From Bryobacterales bacterium (GTDB taxonomy: Bacteria > Acidobacteriota > Terriglobia > Bryobacterales > UBA6623): 64,000 nt of DNA. The notes beneath the pieces were generated by a model that did not search any database, was not told the DNA's origin, and saw nothing but the letters and a program-made list of their open reading frames with translations. Both the position numbers and the translations under genes were made by a program. Position 1 is the first letter of the stretch. Each line of letters starts with the position of its first letter. The stretch lies in contig OY729428.2 of NCBI GenBank assembly GCA_963422375.2, positions 1,536,001 through 1,600,000 of the forward strand. Reading direction: 5' to 3'. This document shows positions 42,072-52,339 of this stretch, piece by piece.

Positions 42072-44435
42072 TTCGGATAAGGGCTTGAATCGTGCCGTGA
42101 ATCGGTGCGTATGGTGTATGGACGACAAGGCCTATGTTATAAGATCCAGGCCTGAGCGGAGGGGTCGACCGTTCAGTGATTGAGATCGACTCACTTGCAC
42201 CGCGTGTGGTCGCCTCATGATCGGCGTAGAATATAGGAGTGTTACGGTCTTCGGCATAGTCCCACGAAACTGGAATGTCTCGTCGTAGATAAAGATCGAC
42301 CTCTGCCGAGGAGTTGTTTTCGGAACGGAATGTAACCGTCAGCTCGTTCGCACCAGGTGGTACATGGACACGATAGCTTCCCTCTTGAAAGAATGTCTCA
42401 AACGTGAAGTTCGTACTTGGGAGGAGCACGCGCTCGCGTATGCCTGGACGCAGCTCCATTGCACGCGAGAACACCGCCTCAACATGCGTCGGGCCCTCAA
42501 TTGCAACCTGCTTTCTTGATAGGATTCCACTCAAATCACCTTCCAATCGTACGAAGCTCCATCCCGAGTTGGGTCGTGTCTTTATGGAGACGACGTCGCC
42601 TGCAGCATAGAACCCGTCTCCCGACGGCGGGTCATACTTCGCCGGAATCGACCGGTCTGACGCTCGTGATGACCTTGTGCTCTGTCAATGCTGTGAGTGT
42701 GATCTCGCCACCCGAAGCTGGCACGTGAATTCTGTGCGAAATCTCACCTCCATCGCTCCAGCTCTGAAAGCGATGACGCGTTCCGTGAGTGTGTCCCGTC
42801 TGTAGTTCCGGAACACTCAATTCAAGCCCGTTTCGGTAGTGCTGAGGCTCCAAGGCAATCGGCGTGTAGTTCCACCAATCGTTAATATTAACGCGAGTAG
42901 GATCTATGTTCGATCTGATCAAGAACTGCGGACCACGGCTGAATACAGCTCTGTATTCTGCGGAATGATGCAGGATAAATGATGCTGGATTTGCTGACAG
43001 ACCTTGGCGCGAAAAACCCCAAGATCCACCACTCCATGATCGAAATGTGTAGTACTGGGGTTGGTTGGGTCTACCCGAAATCTGAACCGGCGTTCGCAAT
43101 GTGTAGAAACCGTCCGGCGACTCTGGGGCTACTCTTACAGTACCGACATCTTGGGGCTGTGAAGACGCTTCGATTCTATGCTGGACAATGAAGTTCGCCT
43201 CAATCCAAGTGTTACTTCCATCGAACGATATGACTTTCCTAGAGGAAGAGCCGCCGAAGTTCCATCGGCCGAAAAGAGAGCGACTACTGCCGTTCGTCTG
43301 TACTACAGGAGCTTCCAGTACATGCTCGCTACCAACTGACCAGCGGAATTTCTGTGGCGTGGTTACGCGGCGACCATCGACAACAATATCCAACCCAGGG
43401 GGATTTGTCGACAAGGTAGTTACTAGTGGAACTCTTCCATAGAGGCGAGCAACACCGTCGACATCACCGGCAGACAGGTATCCTTCACCGGCAGACAGGG
43501 ATACGCTTCCGACAAGCATCCCCGGAGGGATGGTCTCCAAGACTGGCTTGCCATTGCGGGAGAACAAGTAGGGACTGTAATGCATGGTTGAGGAAAAATC
43601 GTATGGTCCTGTTGCAGGGTGGACTGTAGGGAGAACCGAAAGTCTGCCTGCAGGGTCAAGGTTGTTCTCCAAGACCATAACATACGCTTCGCGGTCTTCG
43701 CGCTCATGCTCGTGCCAAAGACCTACAGCGTGGCCGATCTCATGCACTGCAGGATCGACTCCGCACCTTGCCATGAGGTTGATGACTTGCTCACCCCCGA
43801 TCCTTCCGACGTGCGAGTTACACGTTGAGTTGTGGTGTCGGAATCGAACATAATCGTCTTCGACTGTCCGTTCGATTAGCGTGATTGCTGTTCTTGTGTT
43901 CCACTCTGAAATTGCGTCTAGGATTCTTTGCGTATCGGGTACGTCTGAGTCAATAATATACGGGACAACGCCGTTTGGCCACAAGGCATCAGAGTCCGTG
44001 ACTGAAACGTTCCGAGGCGGGATCCAGTTACGTTGCTTGGGCGGAACGGCTCTGATTCCTGCCCTCTGGACTTCTTCGGCCGTCCCAAGGATCATATCGC
44101 CGTGGACCGCCATCCCGTCGACAACGCGATAGGGCAGAGTCCGTCCACGGAAGACAGTGACGCCGTATTCTTTCTCTCCGGGGTTCTGTGAGGCAATGCT
44201 GCCGTGATCGAGTTGTGATTCGAACGGTGATGCAATTCTCTGCTGACCGAATCCACTGTCAATACACAATGCAGCCGCTAGGGCGGGCACGACGCCCACG
44301 TAAAGCCAACTTCGAAACCGGCGAATGACTGGCCCGTAACTTAGCTTGCAGTGCAAGCCAATCTCTATTATATATCATCGCAACTCGTAGCCTCGATGCG
44401 CGATTCCTGTCGCCGCAGGCTCCACACTTGAGTCG

Positions 44436-45725
44436 CTAAAGCAAGCGGAAGCTCACTTGAATCTGTGCCGCGACACGGACTGGCTTGCCATCCTTCTTTC
44501 CGGGCGAGAACTTCCATTGCTTGACTGCTTCGACCGCCTTCTCGTCCAAGCCAAGTCCCAGGCTGCGCAGCACGCGGATGTTGTGCGCTACTCCGTCCTC
44601 CCACACTTCCACGGCAAGCATAACCGTCCCTTGGTACTTCGCCTTGCGCGCCTCTTCAGAGTATTCCGGCTCTACCTTGTAGAGCAGGCGCGGACTGGTC
44701 ACGCCGCCGCCGATGCGGAACACGCCGCCGCCGATGCCACCGCCGGAGCCGGGTCCGACGCCCGAACCCCTCCCGGACCCGACACCCGTGCCGCGTCCGG
44801 ACCCGATGCCGCCGCCCGTTCCCGGACCGGCCGACGGCGGTCCGTCCGCCCCGAACGGATCGCCGAATACCGAGAGATCCACATCCGGCAAGCTGATCTC
44901 CGGGGGCACGCGAACCGTGGGCTCGACGGCGAGCTTCGGGTTCTCGTTCCGGATGACTGGCGTGGGAGGGGCCAGCTGCGGCTCCAAGGAGAATCGCGGC
45001 AGCTTGCCGCGGCTCGCCGGAAGCGGGGAGTTGGCCCCGCCCCCGCCTCCGCCCCCGCTGTCCCGCGGATCCGGCCGTGCGGGCGCGCGCAGCTGGGCAA
45101 GGTAGGGCGATACGTCCACGGGGATGATCAGCGTGACCGTGCCCCGGTTCAACTCGCCGAGGTCGCGGTCCGGGAGTCCGAACATCAGCAGGACGAAGAG
45201 CAAGTGAGCCGCCAAGGTAACCGCCATGCCTTGCCTACGGTGGCTCAAGTCCCCCCAGATCTCCTTGACCCGGACCGGCTTCGAGCTCAGCTTGAGCGGC
45301 GGGGCTTTCCGGAACTCCCGATCGAGCCTGTAGCTTTCGTGGATGCCGGACCACCACGGCATCGCCAAGGTCCCGAGCCCGAGCGGAGGCAGGCTCGGCT
45401 CGCCGGGCAGAGGCGGCCGGTACGAAGGCAGGGGAGGAAGCCCCTTGGCCTCGCTTAGCGTGCGGAGCGTTTCGGTTATGCCAAGCCACCAAGGCCTGCT
45501 CAGCGAATAGACGTTGGGATCCCTGAAGTCCGTTTCGCCTGGCTCGGCCGGGCGATACGTCGGAAGCGGGCCGAACTTCGGCGGCTGAAGGATCTCTCTG
45601 GCCGAGTCGAGGCAAAGCGACCACCACGGCTCGTGGATGGAGTCGATCACAAGCGGGCCCAGACCCCGGTGTTGCGCTAGTCTCTTTTCGACGGCTGCCG
45701 GCTGGTTGGAGTCGGACATGTCCAC
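44436..45725 (-). CDS. tonB: Energy transducer TonB family protein
   Basis: TM segment with AHLL, Gly/Pro-rich linker, C-terminal KVEPEYSEEARKAKYQGTV...GLDEKAVEAVKQWKF. Confidence 0.9.
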   Translation of the reverse strand: MDMSDSNQPAAVEKRLAQHRGLGPLVIDSIHEPWWSLCLDSAREILQPPKFGPLPTYRPAEPGETDFRDPNVYSLSRPWWLGITETLRTLSEAKGLPPLPSYRPPLPGEPSLPPLGLGTLAMPWWSGIHESYRLDREFRKAPPLKLSSKPVRVKEIWGDLSHRRQGMAVTLAAHLLFVLLMFGLPDRDLGELNRGTVTLIIPVDVSPYLAQLRAPARPDPRDSGGGGGGGANSPLPASRGKLPRFSLEPQLAPPTPVIRNENPKLAVEPTVRVPPEISLPDVDLSVFGDPFGADGPPSAGPGTGGGIGSGRGTGVGSGRGSGVGPGSGGGIGGGVFRIGGGVTSPRLLYKVEPEYSEEARKAKYQGTVMLAVEVWEDGVAHNIRVLRSLGLGLDEKAVEAVKQWKFSPGKKDGKPVRVAAQIQVSFRLL

Positions 45726-45897
45726 CTGCCAAGATTTGACGCACTAGGGACCTGCGCCGTTACAGCGAATCGCCAGCTCTTGGCTTGCGCCGAGGCCGGG
45801 CTGCCCGCGGTAGCCCGCCGACATCCCCGTCAACGCTCATTGTATTCGGGTTGCGGAGGGCAGGGCAACTCCGCCCGCGAATCGCGACAAGATCCCG

Positions 45898-46302
45898 TCA
45901 GTCCCTGACGTAGGCGATGCAGTCGATCTCGACCTTCAGCCCGGCTGCCGGGAGGACGGCTTGGACTGTGGTCCGGGCGGGCTTGGCTTGTCCGAAGTAC
46001 TCCGCATAGACGCTGTTCATGGCTCCGAAGTCCCTGATGTCTGCTAGGAATACGGAGCACTTGACGACATCATCGAGGCCCGCGCCGGACGCCTCCAGGA
46101 TGGCTTGCAAGTTCTGGATCGTCCGGTGGGTCTCCTCGGCCACCGTCCCCTCGATCGGCTTGCTGGTCTCCGGGTCGAGCGCCGCTTGGCCCGACACGAA
46201 GACGAAACCGCCCGCCTTGACCGCATGGGAATAGGGTCCCTGCGGATTGGGAGCGGCCGTAGCCGTGATGCGTTCGACCGCCCCTCGATTGGCTTCGCTC
46301 AC
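45898..46302 (-). CDS. RidA/YjgF family enamine deaminase
   Basis: APNPQGPYSHAV, FVSGQ, MNSVYAEYF..KPARTTV, VEIDCIA; GGAGG before the GTG start. Confidence 0.92.
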   Translation of the reverse strand: MSEANRGAVERITATAAPNPQGPYSHAVKAGGFVFVSGQAALDPETSKPIEGTVAEETHRTIQNLQAILEASGAGLDDVVKCSVFLADIRDFGAMNSVYAEYFGQAKPARTTVQAVLPAAGLKVEIDCIAYVRD

Positions 46303-46343
46303 TGTGAATCCTCCTGTCCCTCGGATAGCATCCCCGCGATGCC

Positions 46344-47441
46344 CTATTGCAGCTTGCCGCGGCCCGCGACCGGCCAGCTCTCCTCGACCCGCCTGCCGCG
46401 GCAGCCGTGAACCGTCTCGTGCATGTTGACCGTGACGCACGCGTGGTTCGGAATGATCCGCAGACGCTGCCCGACGCGGAGACTCGGGCCGTCATGCTCG
46501 CTGAGGTCGAGCACCCCGTGCTCCTCGCTCATCCGGGCGAATCGGATTCCTGTCATGCCGACAACTCTCCCGTGGCCGCCGTTCTTCGCGAGCCGCACCG
46601 GATCCGATGTGAAGGTCTTCGACCCTCCGTCGATGACCGCGGCGCCCACTCTCGCGGTGGACACGACGGTCACCAGGACGGCCAGTGCGCAGTCGTCCCA
46701 GTCGCAGGCACCCATCGCCACCTGAGTCCGGTCGTTGAAGACGTACGTGCCGGGCCGGATTTCGGTCAGCCCCGGCAGGCGGTGCGAGTGGTACAGCGTG
46801 GGGGTCGAGCCCCCGCTGACGACATCGGCGGGGAGCCCGTCGCGCCGGAAGTCGGAGAGGATTCCCTCGAGGTCGGACGCGACCCGTGCAAGCGCGTCCC
46901 TCCCGCCGTCGCCGGCAGGATTGACGTGCCCGGGATAGAACATCAGGCCCTCGAGCCGCAGGGAAGCGAGGGTCGTGATGGCCCTCGCGAGTTCGAGCAG
47001 CCTCTCGCCGGGGGGGAGTCCGCAGCGACGCATGCCTAGGTCCGCCTCGACTAGGATCCCGACCGTGACGCCGGCCTTGGCAGCGTGCCGGTGGATGCCT
47101 TCCGCCGCGCCGGCATTGTCGAGTGCCACCGTGACGCGCACGTCCTTCGCGAGGCAGGCGAGCCGCGCCCACTTGAGGTCGCCCCACAGCGGATAGGCCA
47201 GCAGCAGGTCCGGCGTGCTGGAGCGGGCCATGACCTCGGCCTCGCTCACCTTGGCGACGGTCAGCCCGCAGGCTCCTCGCGCGAGTTGCATGTCCCCAAT
47301 CCGAGGTGACTTGTGCGTCTTGGTGTGCGGGCGCAGGTGCAAGCCGTGCCGGTCGGCATAGGTGGCGGCCCGGTCGAGATTCGATTCCATCCGGTCGAGA
47401 TCGACCAGCAGCGCCGGAGTGTCCAGATCCCTGATCGTCAT
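46344..47441 (-). CDS. D-threonine aldolase / D-serine dehydratase (DSD1)-type PLP enzyme
   Basis: DTPALLVD, LRPHTKTHKS, SGGSTPT, EIRPGTYVFND, SEEHG, PNHAC. Confidence 0.9.
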   Translation of the reverse strand: MTIRDLDTPALLVDLDRMESNLDRAATYADRHGLHLRPHTKTHKSPRIGDMQLARGACGLTVAKVSEAEVMARSSTPDLLLAYPLWGDLKWARLACLAKDVRVTVALDNAGAAEGIHRHAAKAGVTVGILVEADLGMRRCGLPPGERLLELARAITTLASLRLEGLMFYPGHVNPAGDGGRDALARVASDLEGILSDFRRDGLPADVVSGGSTPTLYHSHRLPGLTEIRPGTYVFNDRTQVAMGACDWDDCALAVLVTVVSTARVGAAVIDGGSKTFTSDPVRLAKNGGHGRVVGMTGIRFARMSEEHGVLDLSEHDGPSLRVGQRLRIIPNHACVTVNMHETVHGCRGRRVEESWPVAGRGKLQ

Positions 47442-47511
47442 GCGCCCGGCTATCGATCCGGCAGTCCTGTCTTCGGCAAACTGGTGGAGGCGGGTTCGGT
47501 CGCAGTCTATC

Positions 47512-48309
47512 ATGGGGTCGCAGCGGCCGAGTCCTCGCCTCGCTAGTCAGCTGGCCGTGGTGGCGCTGGCTGCCGGGCTCGGCGGCCAGCGGGCGCCTGC
47601 GGCCGGTGACGGCTTCGCAGCTTGGACGGCCTCCGGCTTCTCGGACGGGGAGCACCGTTGGCTGGATGCCGCCGAACTCTACCCGGCAGGAGCGAGGGAC
47701 CTGCCCTACGGCCTTGACGCCACCGTGGTGTTCGGGCGCGATACCGCTTGGACACAGGCGAGGGCGATGCGGCAGATCCGCCGGACCGCCGCGGTCTTTG
47801 CGCCCTGCGGCATACGGCTGGGCCGGGTCTTGCTGGTCCGACTGCGGCTGGGCCCGGAGGCGCGGCGCATCGACGCCGCAGCCGCCGGGCCCGAGTCAGG
47901 CGTGCCCCCGGTCGTGGCGGATCTCAGCGCGAAGCTGTCCGCGGGGACCCCTTACCCCGTGGCGTTTCTGATCGGTCGGGTCGAAGGCACCGAGTCCCTC
48001 GCGATCTCCTACCGCGCCCACGATCGGGACGGGCCCCCCGCGCCCTACTTCGATACCGCCTGGATCGGCTTCCGCGCCCACTGGCTTCCGCGCCGCGACG
48101 ATCGCTACTCGGCCTTGGCTCACGAGTTCGCGCACCTTCTCTGCCGGTGCGGACACAAGCGAGCGACGGCCAGCCATCTGCTGCACAGCGCCCGGAACTT
48201 CCTTTCGGCCGCAGTCCTTCCCGAGCACTGCGAACAGTTCGCGGCCAGTCCGCTCCTAGCGGCGCGCCCCGATCCACCGGCGGATCGGCAGGGACGTAAG
48301 GAATTCTGA
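47512..48309 (+). CDS. Secreted hypothetical protein with an HExxH zinc-metallopeptidase-like motif
   Basis: Signal-like N-terminus; ALAHEFAHLLCRCGH. Confidence 0.6.
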   Translation: MGSQRPSPRLASQLAVVALAAGLGGQRAPAAGDGFAAWTASGFSDGEHRWLDAAELYPAGARDLPYGLDATVVFGRDTAWTQARAMRQIRRTAAVFAPCGIRLGRVLLVRLRLGPEARRIDAAAAGPESGVPPVVADLSAKLSAGTPYPVAFLIGRVEGTESLAISYRAHDRDGPPAPYFDTAWIGFRAHWLPRRDDRYSALAHEFAHLLCRCGHKRATASHLLHSARNFLSAAVLPEHCEQFAASPLLAARPDPPADRQGRKEF

Positions 48310-48470
48310 ATGCAACCCATAAAAATTATCTAATTGCGACCCGCCGCCCGCTTTTCTAGAGTGAAATTTCGGGCGGAGCCAATGTCCTCGCCTGATCGAA
48401 ACAGTTGGTTCCGCACATTTGCCGATGGGGTCGACCGGCACGGGTGTGGACTCAGGAAAAGGAGACCACT

Positions 48471-49883
48471 ATGAAGAACGTTACGTTTAGGCTGTTTGCC
48501 GTCGCGCTGTGCGCGATGCCTCTGGTTGCGGCCCCCGCCGCCGAGAGGCCAGGATCGAGCGGGACGGAATTGGAGGCCGAGCTTCGCGAGGAGCTGTCCT
48601 CCCTCCGCGCAAGGCTGCTCAAGCTGGAGGCCATGCTCGACTCGCTGCAGCAGCGGCCGAACGAGCCGGAGGCGGGAGAGGCGGAAGTCGCGACTGCGGA
48701 TGCTGGCAGCCCCGCCGGGCCCGTCGCGGGTACGGTCGTCGCACAGGTGCCCGCGCTGCCCCAAGGCGCCATTGGGCGCGACGTGGCCGCGTCGGCGGTG
48801 CCCATGGCGATCAGCGACACCGAGCCGAGCCAGGAGATGCCGGTCGGCGTCGCCAGCAGCGGCGGCCAGGCCATTTCGTTCACCGGCTTGATCGACACCT
48901 ACTTCACGCACAACTTCAACAGCCCCGAGGACGGCACGAACACCCTCTACTACACCAATCCCAATGCCCGCGGATTCGGCCTGAACCAGGCGAAGCTGGA
49001 GATCGACGCCAGCGGCGACGGGCCGATCGGGTTCCGCTCCGACATCTGGTTCGGATCGGGCGCGCGCCTCTTCCGCGACGGGCTGGAGCCAGGCCCGCTG
49101 GCTGACGTGATCTACCTGCAGCAGGCCTACGGCTACTACCAATTCGAGAGCGGGGCCCAGCTCGACGTGGGCCTGTTCGGCACGATCGCGGGTCTCGAGG
49201 TGGCCGAGTCCCATCTCAACTGGAACTACACCCGCGGCATCCTGTGGGCTTGGAACGAGCCGTTCTCGCACCTCGGTGCCCGCTTCAGCCAGCCGCTCAG
49301 CGACACCGTCACCGCGACCTTCCTGCTGGTCAACGGATTCGACAACGCTTGGGACCAGAACTCCGGCAAGTCCTACGGTGCCCAGATCTCGCTCGCTCCG
49401 AGCGACCGGTTCAACACGACGGCCACGTGGATCAACGGGCCGGAGAACTGGGGCACGAACGAGGGCTGGCTGAGGGACTTCAGCTGGAACTTCTACGGAG
49501 GAATTCACGACCGCTTCGAGGTGATGGCGAATCTCGACTACATCTCGGCCTCGGACCCCGCGGGCGTGTCGGCCACCTCGTGGGGCATGGGCGGCTATGC
49601 CCGCGTCCACCTGACGGACCAGGTGCGCCTCGCGTACCGCATGGAGTTCATGGACGACTCGGAGGCGCGCTCCACCGGCGTCCAGCAGAACCTGCGCGAG
49701 AACACGTTCACGTTCGAGGTGCAGCCGGTCAAGGACGACCCGCGCTTCTTGACGCGTCTCGAGTACCGTCGCGACTGGTCCGACGTGCCCTTCTTCTCCT
49801 GCGCCGACTGCATAGACAGCCTCTCGAAGAACCAAGACACCTTTACCGTGGGCCTGATGTGGGTCTTCGGGCCGAAGGAATAA
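48471..49883 (+). CDS. Outer-membrane beta-barrel porin (BBP2/OmpL-like)
   Basis: Signal peptide, coiled coil, GLIDTYFTHNFN, LQQAY, FGTIAGLEV, NWNYTR, RLEYRRD, C-terminal aromatic strand. Confidence 0.8.
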   Translation: MKNVTFRLFAVALCAMPLVAAPAAERPGSSGTELEAELREELSSLRARLLKLEAMLDSLQQRPNEPEAGEAEVATADAGSPAGPVAGTVVAQVPALPQGAIGRDVAASAVPMAISDTEPSQEMPVGVASSGGQAISFTGLIDTYFTHNFNSPEDGTNTLYYTNPNARGFGLNQAKLEIDASGDGPIGFRSDIWFGSGARLFRDGLEPGPLADVIYLQQAYGYYQFESGAQLDVGLFGTIAGLEVAESHLNWNYTRGILWAWNEPFSHLGARFSQPLSDTVTATFLLVNGFDNAWDQNSGKSYGAQISLAPSDRFNTTATWINGPENWGTNEGWLRDFSWNFYGGIHDRFEVMANLDYISASDPAGVSATSWGMGGYARVHLTDQVRLAYRMEFMDDSEARSTGVQQNLRENTFTFEVQPVKDDPRFLTRLEYRRDWSDVPFFSCADCIDSLSKNQDTFTVGLMWVFGPKE

Positions 49884-50047
49884 CCCGCCGCGTCGGAGCC
49901 GGCAGTGCCCGCCGGCCAAGGCGACGGGCGCCTGAGCCTCGGGGGCGGGCCCGTGGGCGTCCGGACGGCACGCCGGATTCCCGCCCCCAGCGGCCGGTCC
50001 TCCGTTTCGCATACAATCGATAGCGGACGCCCGGGGAGGCTTCGGAT

Positions 50048-50590
50048 TTGCAGCGCCGAGACTGGATTAAGACCGCCATCACAGGCACCGGGGCGGCCGC
50101 GGCCGCTCCGCTTGTCACACGGATCGCCCCGGCCGTCGCCGCGCAGGTCACGTCAGCCGGGCCGCGAGAACTCCAGGTGCTTGACGCGCACCAGAACGCA
50201 ACCGTGATTGCGCTGACCGAGCTGGTGATTCCCGAGACGGACACGCCCGGCGCGAAGGCCGCCAAGGTCAACGAGTACATCGACCTGATGCTGCACGACG
50301 TGGCCCCGGACAAGGGCCACGGCTTCATCAAGGGCTTGGGCTGGCTGGACGGCCGTGCGATGAGCCTGCACGGCTCTCCGTTCGTCGCGCTGGATGAGAG
50401 CGACCAGGTGGCGATCCTGGAGTCCCTCGACGGTGCCGAGGATCCCGGCCTCGCCCCCGGCGCGGAATTCTTCGCCCGGCTCAAGCGGCTGACGGTCGAA
50501 GGCTACTACACATCGAGGATCGGCATCGCCGAACTCAACAAGCACGGCGTGCCTGCCACGTTCGCCTGCGAGCACGACACCCACGTCTGA
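50048..50590 (+). CDS. Gluconate 2-dehydrogenase subunit 3 family protein (Tat)
   Basis: RRDWIK signal; IPETDTPGA..A.V..YID; FF..LKRLTVEGYYTS. Confidence 0.85.
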   Translation: MQRRDWIKTAITGTGAAAAAPLVTRIAPAVAAQVTSAGPRELQVLDAHQNATVIALTELVIPETDTPGAKAAKVNEYIDLMLHDVAPDKGHGFIKGLGWLDGRAMSLHGSPFVALDESDQVAILESLDGAEDPGLAPGAEFFARLKRLTVEGYYTSRIGIAELNKHGVPATFACEHDTHV

Positions 50591-50620
50591 CTCCCGTGGG
50601 CGCGGGCAGAGGGGCCCTCC

Positions 50621-52339
50621 CTAGTGCTGGATGCCGTAGGCGCGATGCACGTCGTCGACCGATAGAGTGCCCACTAGGTAGCTGGAGTTGATCCGGCTCG
50701 CGACCGGGAGCAGCGGATAGACCGCCAGCTTGCGCAAGGCCTGGTCGATCGGCTCGTCTGGATGCGTGCGAACGACCGCGCGCGTCGCCACGGCCTCCCG
50801 CGCGGCCTTCGCGCGCTCGCCCGCCTCGGCGGCCCGCGCGAGATCCCGTCTTGCCAACCAGCCCCATCGGCCGTGGCGAATCTTCACCAGCACGGCGTCC
50901 GTGCCCAGCCGGTTCGCGAGGGCTAGAGCGTCGGACACGTTGGCCTGCGGCGGGACAAGCGGCTCCTGCCCCCTGCGCATGGCGTCCTCGACGCACATCA
51001 CCGGCGCCTCGCGCCGCTCCTCGGCGGACGGCAGGTCCAGCCCGTCCTGATACCCCGCCAGCTGGAGCACGGACTCGTGTTGCAGCCGGCGCGATACGAG
51101 GAACCCCACCGTGTTGGCGATCATCACGGGAAGGATGATCTGATAGCTAGCGCTCAGCTCGAACACCATGAACACGGAGGTCATGGGCGCGCGGAAGACA
51201 CCGGCGAAGAACGTCCCGATTCCGACCAGCACGTAGGCGCCCGTCGAGCTGGTCGACGCGGGCCAGAGCCGGTGCGCTATCCCGCCCATGCCGCCGCCCA
51301 GCATCCCTCCGACGAAGAGAGTCGGCGCGAACAGCCCCCCCGGAGTCCCGCAACTGAAGCACAGCGCCATGGTCAGCAGCTTCAGGACGCAGAACAGCAG
51401 CAGCGTGTTCCATTGGAACCGCTCGTGCAGCGCGCCGTCTATGACCTCGTATCCGGCTCCGAGGGTCTCCGGCACGACCGCTCCCGCGATACCGACGACT
51501 AGGCCCGCGAGCGCTGGCAGCCACAGCTTGTAGCGATCTGGCAGGGAGGTCGTGCGCCCCCGCAGCCGGATCGCGTAGCGGGCGAAGACCGCCGAAAGCG
51601 CACCGCCGGCGGCGCCGATCAGCGCGTACACGGGCAGTTCCGAGTACCCGACTAGCTCGAAGTCGGGCACGCGAAAGAGCGGCTCGTCGCCCAGGAACCA
51701 GCGGCTGGCCACGACGGCCGAAACCGAAGAGATGACGATCGAGCCCAGCACGCCGGCGTTCCAAGCGGCGACCACCTCTTCCATCACGAACAGCACCGCC
51801 GCGATGGGGGTGTTGAAGGCGGCGCCGATGCCGGCCGCGGCGCCGATCGGGGCGATCAGGCGCATGTGGTCACGGGTCAGGTGGAATATCCGGCCGAGCA
51901 CGGACGCGATTCCGGCCCCCATCTGCAGGGCCGGATCTTCCGGTCCCATGGGGTTGCCGGTCCCGATGGACAGCGTTGACGTAGCGAACTTCCCCAAGAC
52001 GCTGCGAAACGGTATGTAGCCGTCGGATGCGTAGACGGCCGTCTTGGTGTAGTTGATGCCCGTGCCGCGGGCGGTCGGCACGACGAAGTGAACCAGCGCG
52101 TAGGCGGCGAGGCCTCCGGCTGCGGGCCAGAGGACCACTAAGAACGTCGAAGCCTCCTCGAGAGAATGAATCGTGTTCCAGTTCAGGTACTCGATCGAGA
52201 TGTGGAAGCAGACCACGACGAGCCCCGAGAGGATGCCGATCACGATCGACAGCAGCAGGAATCGCTGCGGCTCGTCGAGCACGGGGCTCTTCTTGCTCAG
52301 CTGGTCGAGCCTCCCCAGGATGTCGCGCAGCGGGTTCAT
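50621..52339 (-). CDS. ClC chloride channel/antiporter with C-terminal CBS region
   Basis: GTGIN, GPEDP, GAAAGIGAAFNTP..FVMEE, GGLFAP, RAPMT. Confidence 0.9.
   Translation of the reverse strand: MNPLRDILGRLDQLSKKSPVLDEPQRFLLLSIVIGILSGLVVVCFHISIEYLNWNTIHSLEEASTFLVVLWPAAGGLAAYALVHFVVPTARGTGINYTKTAVYASDGYIPFRSVLGKFATSTLSIGTGNPMGPEDPALQMGAGIASVLGRIFHLTRDHMRLIAPIGAAAGIGAAFNTPIAAVLFVMEEVVAAWNAGVLGSIVISSVSAVVASRWFLGDEPLFRVPDFELVGYSELPVYALIGAAGGALSAVFARYAIRLRGRTTSLPDRYKLWLPALAGLVVGIAGAVVPETLGAGYEVIDGALHERFQWNTLLLFCVLKLLTMALCFSCGTPGGLFAPTLFVGGMLGGGMGGIAHRLWPASTSSTGAYVLVGIGTFFAGVFRAPMTSVFMVFELSASYQIILPVMIANTVGFLVSRRLQHESVLQLAGYQDGLDLPSAEERREAPVMCVEDAMRRGQEPLVPPQANVSDALALANRLGTDAVLVKIRHGRWGWLARRDLARAAEAGERAKAAREAVATRAVVRTHPDEPIDQALRKLAVYPLLPVASRINSSYLVGTLSVDDVHRAYGIQH

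Larger units (their letters stand above)
37391..44356 (-). pseudogene. Astacin (M12A) metalloprotease - beta repeats - PPC - BACON - TonB-C fusion gene, split by three IS elements and one frameshift
   Basis: Segments 44356-42635, 42633-42072, 41031-40736, 39212-38973 and 37555-37391 join in frame once each IS plus one TSD copy is removed; HEIGHAVGLWHEH, Met-turn STMHY, C-terminal VEPEYSEQARKAK...QWKFAPG. Confidence 0.9.

Noticed and set aside
42632..42634. Selenocysteine read-through of the TGA ending the astacin ORF
   Set aside because: The domain continues in a different frame, so this is a frameshift and not UGA recoding
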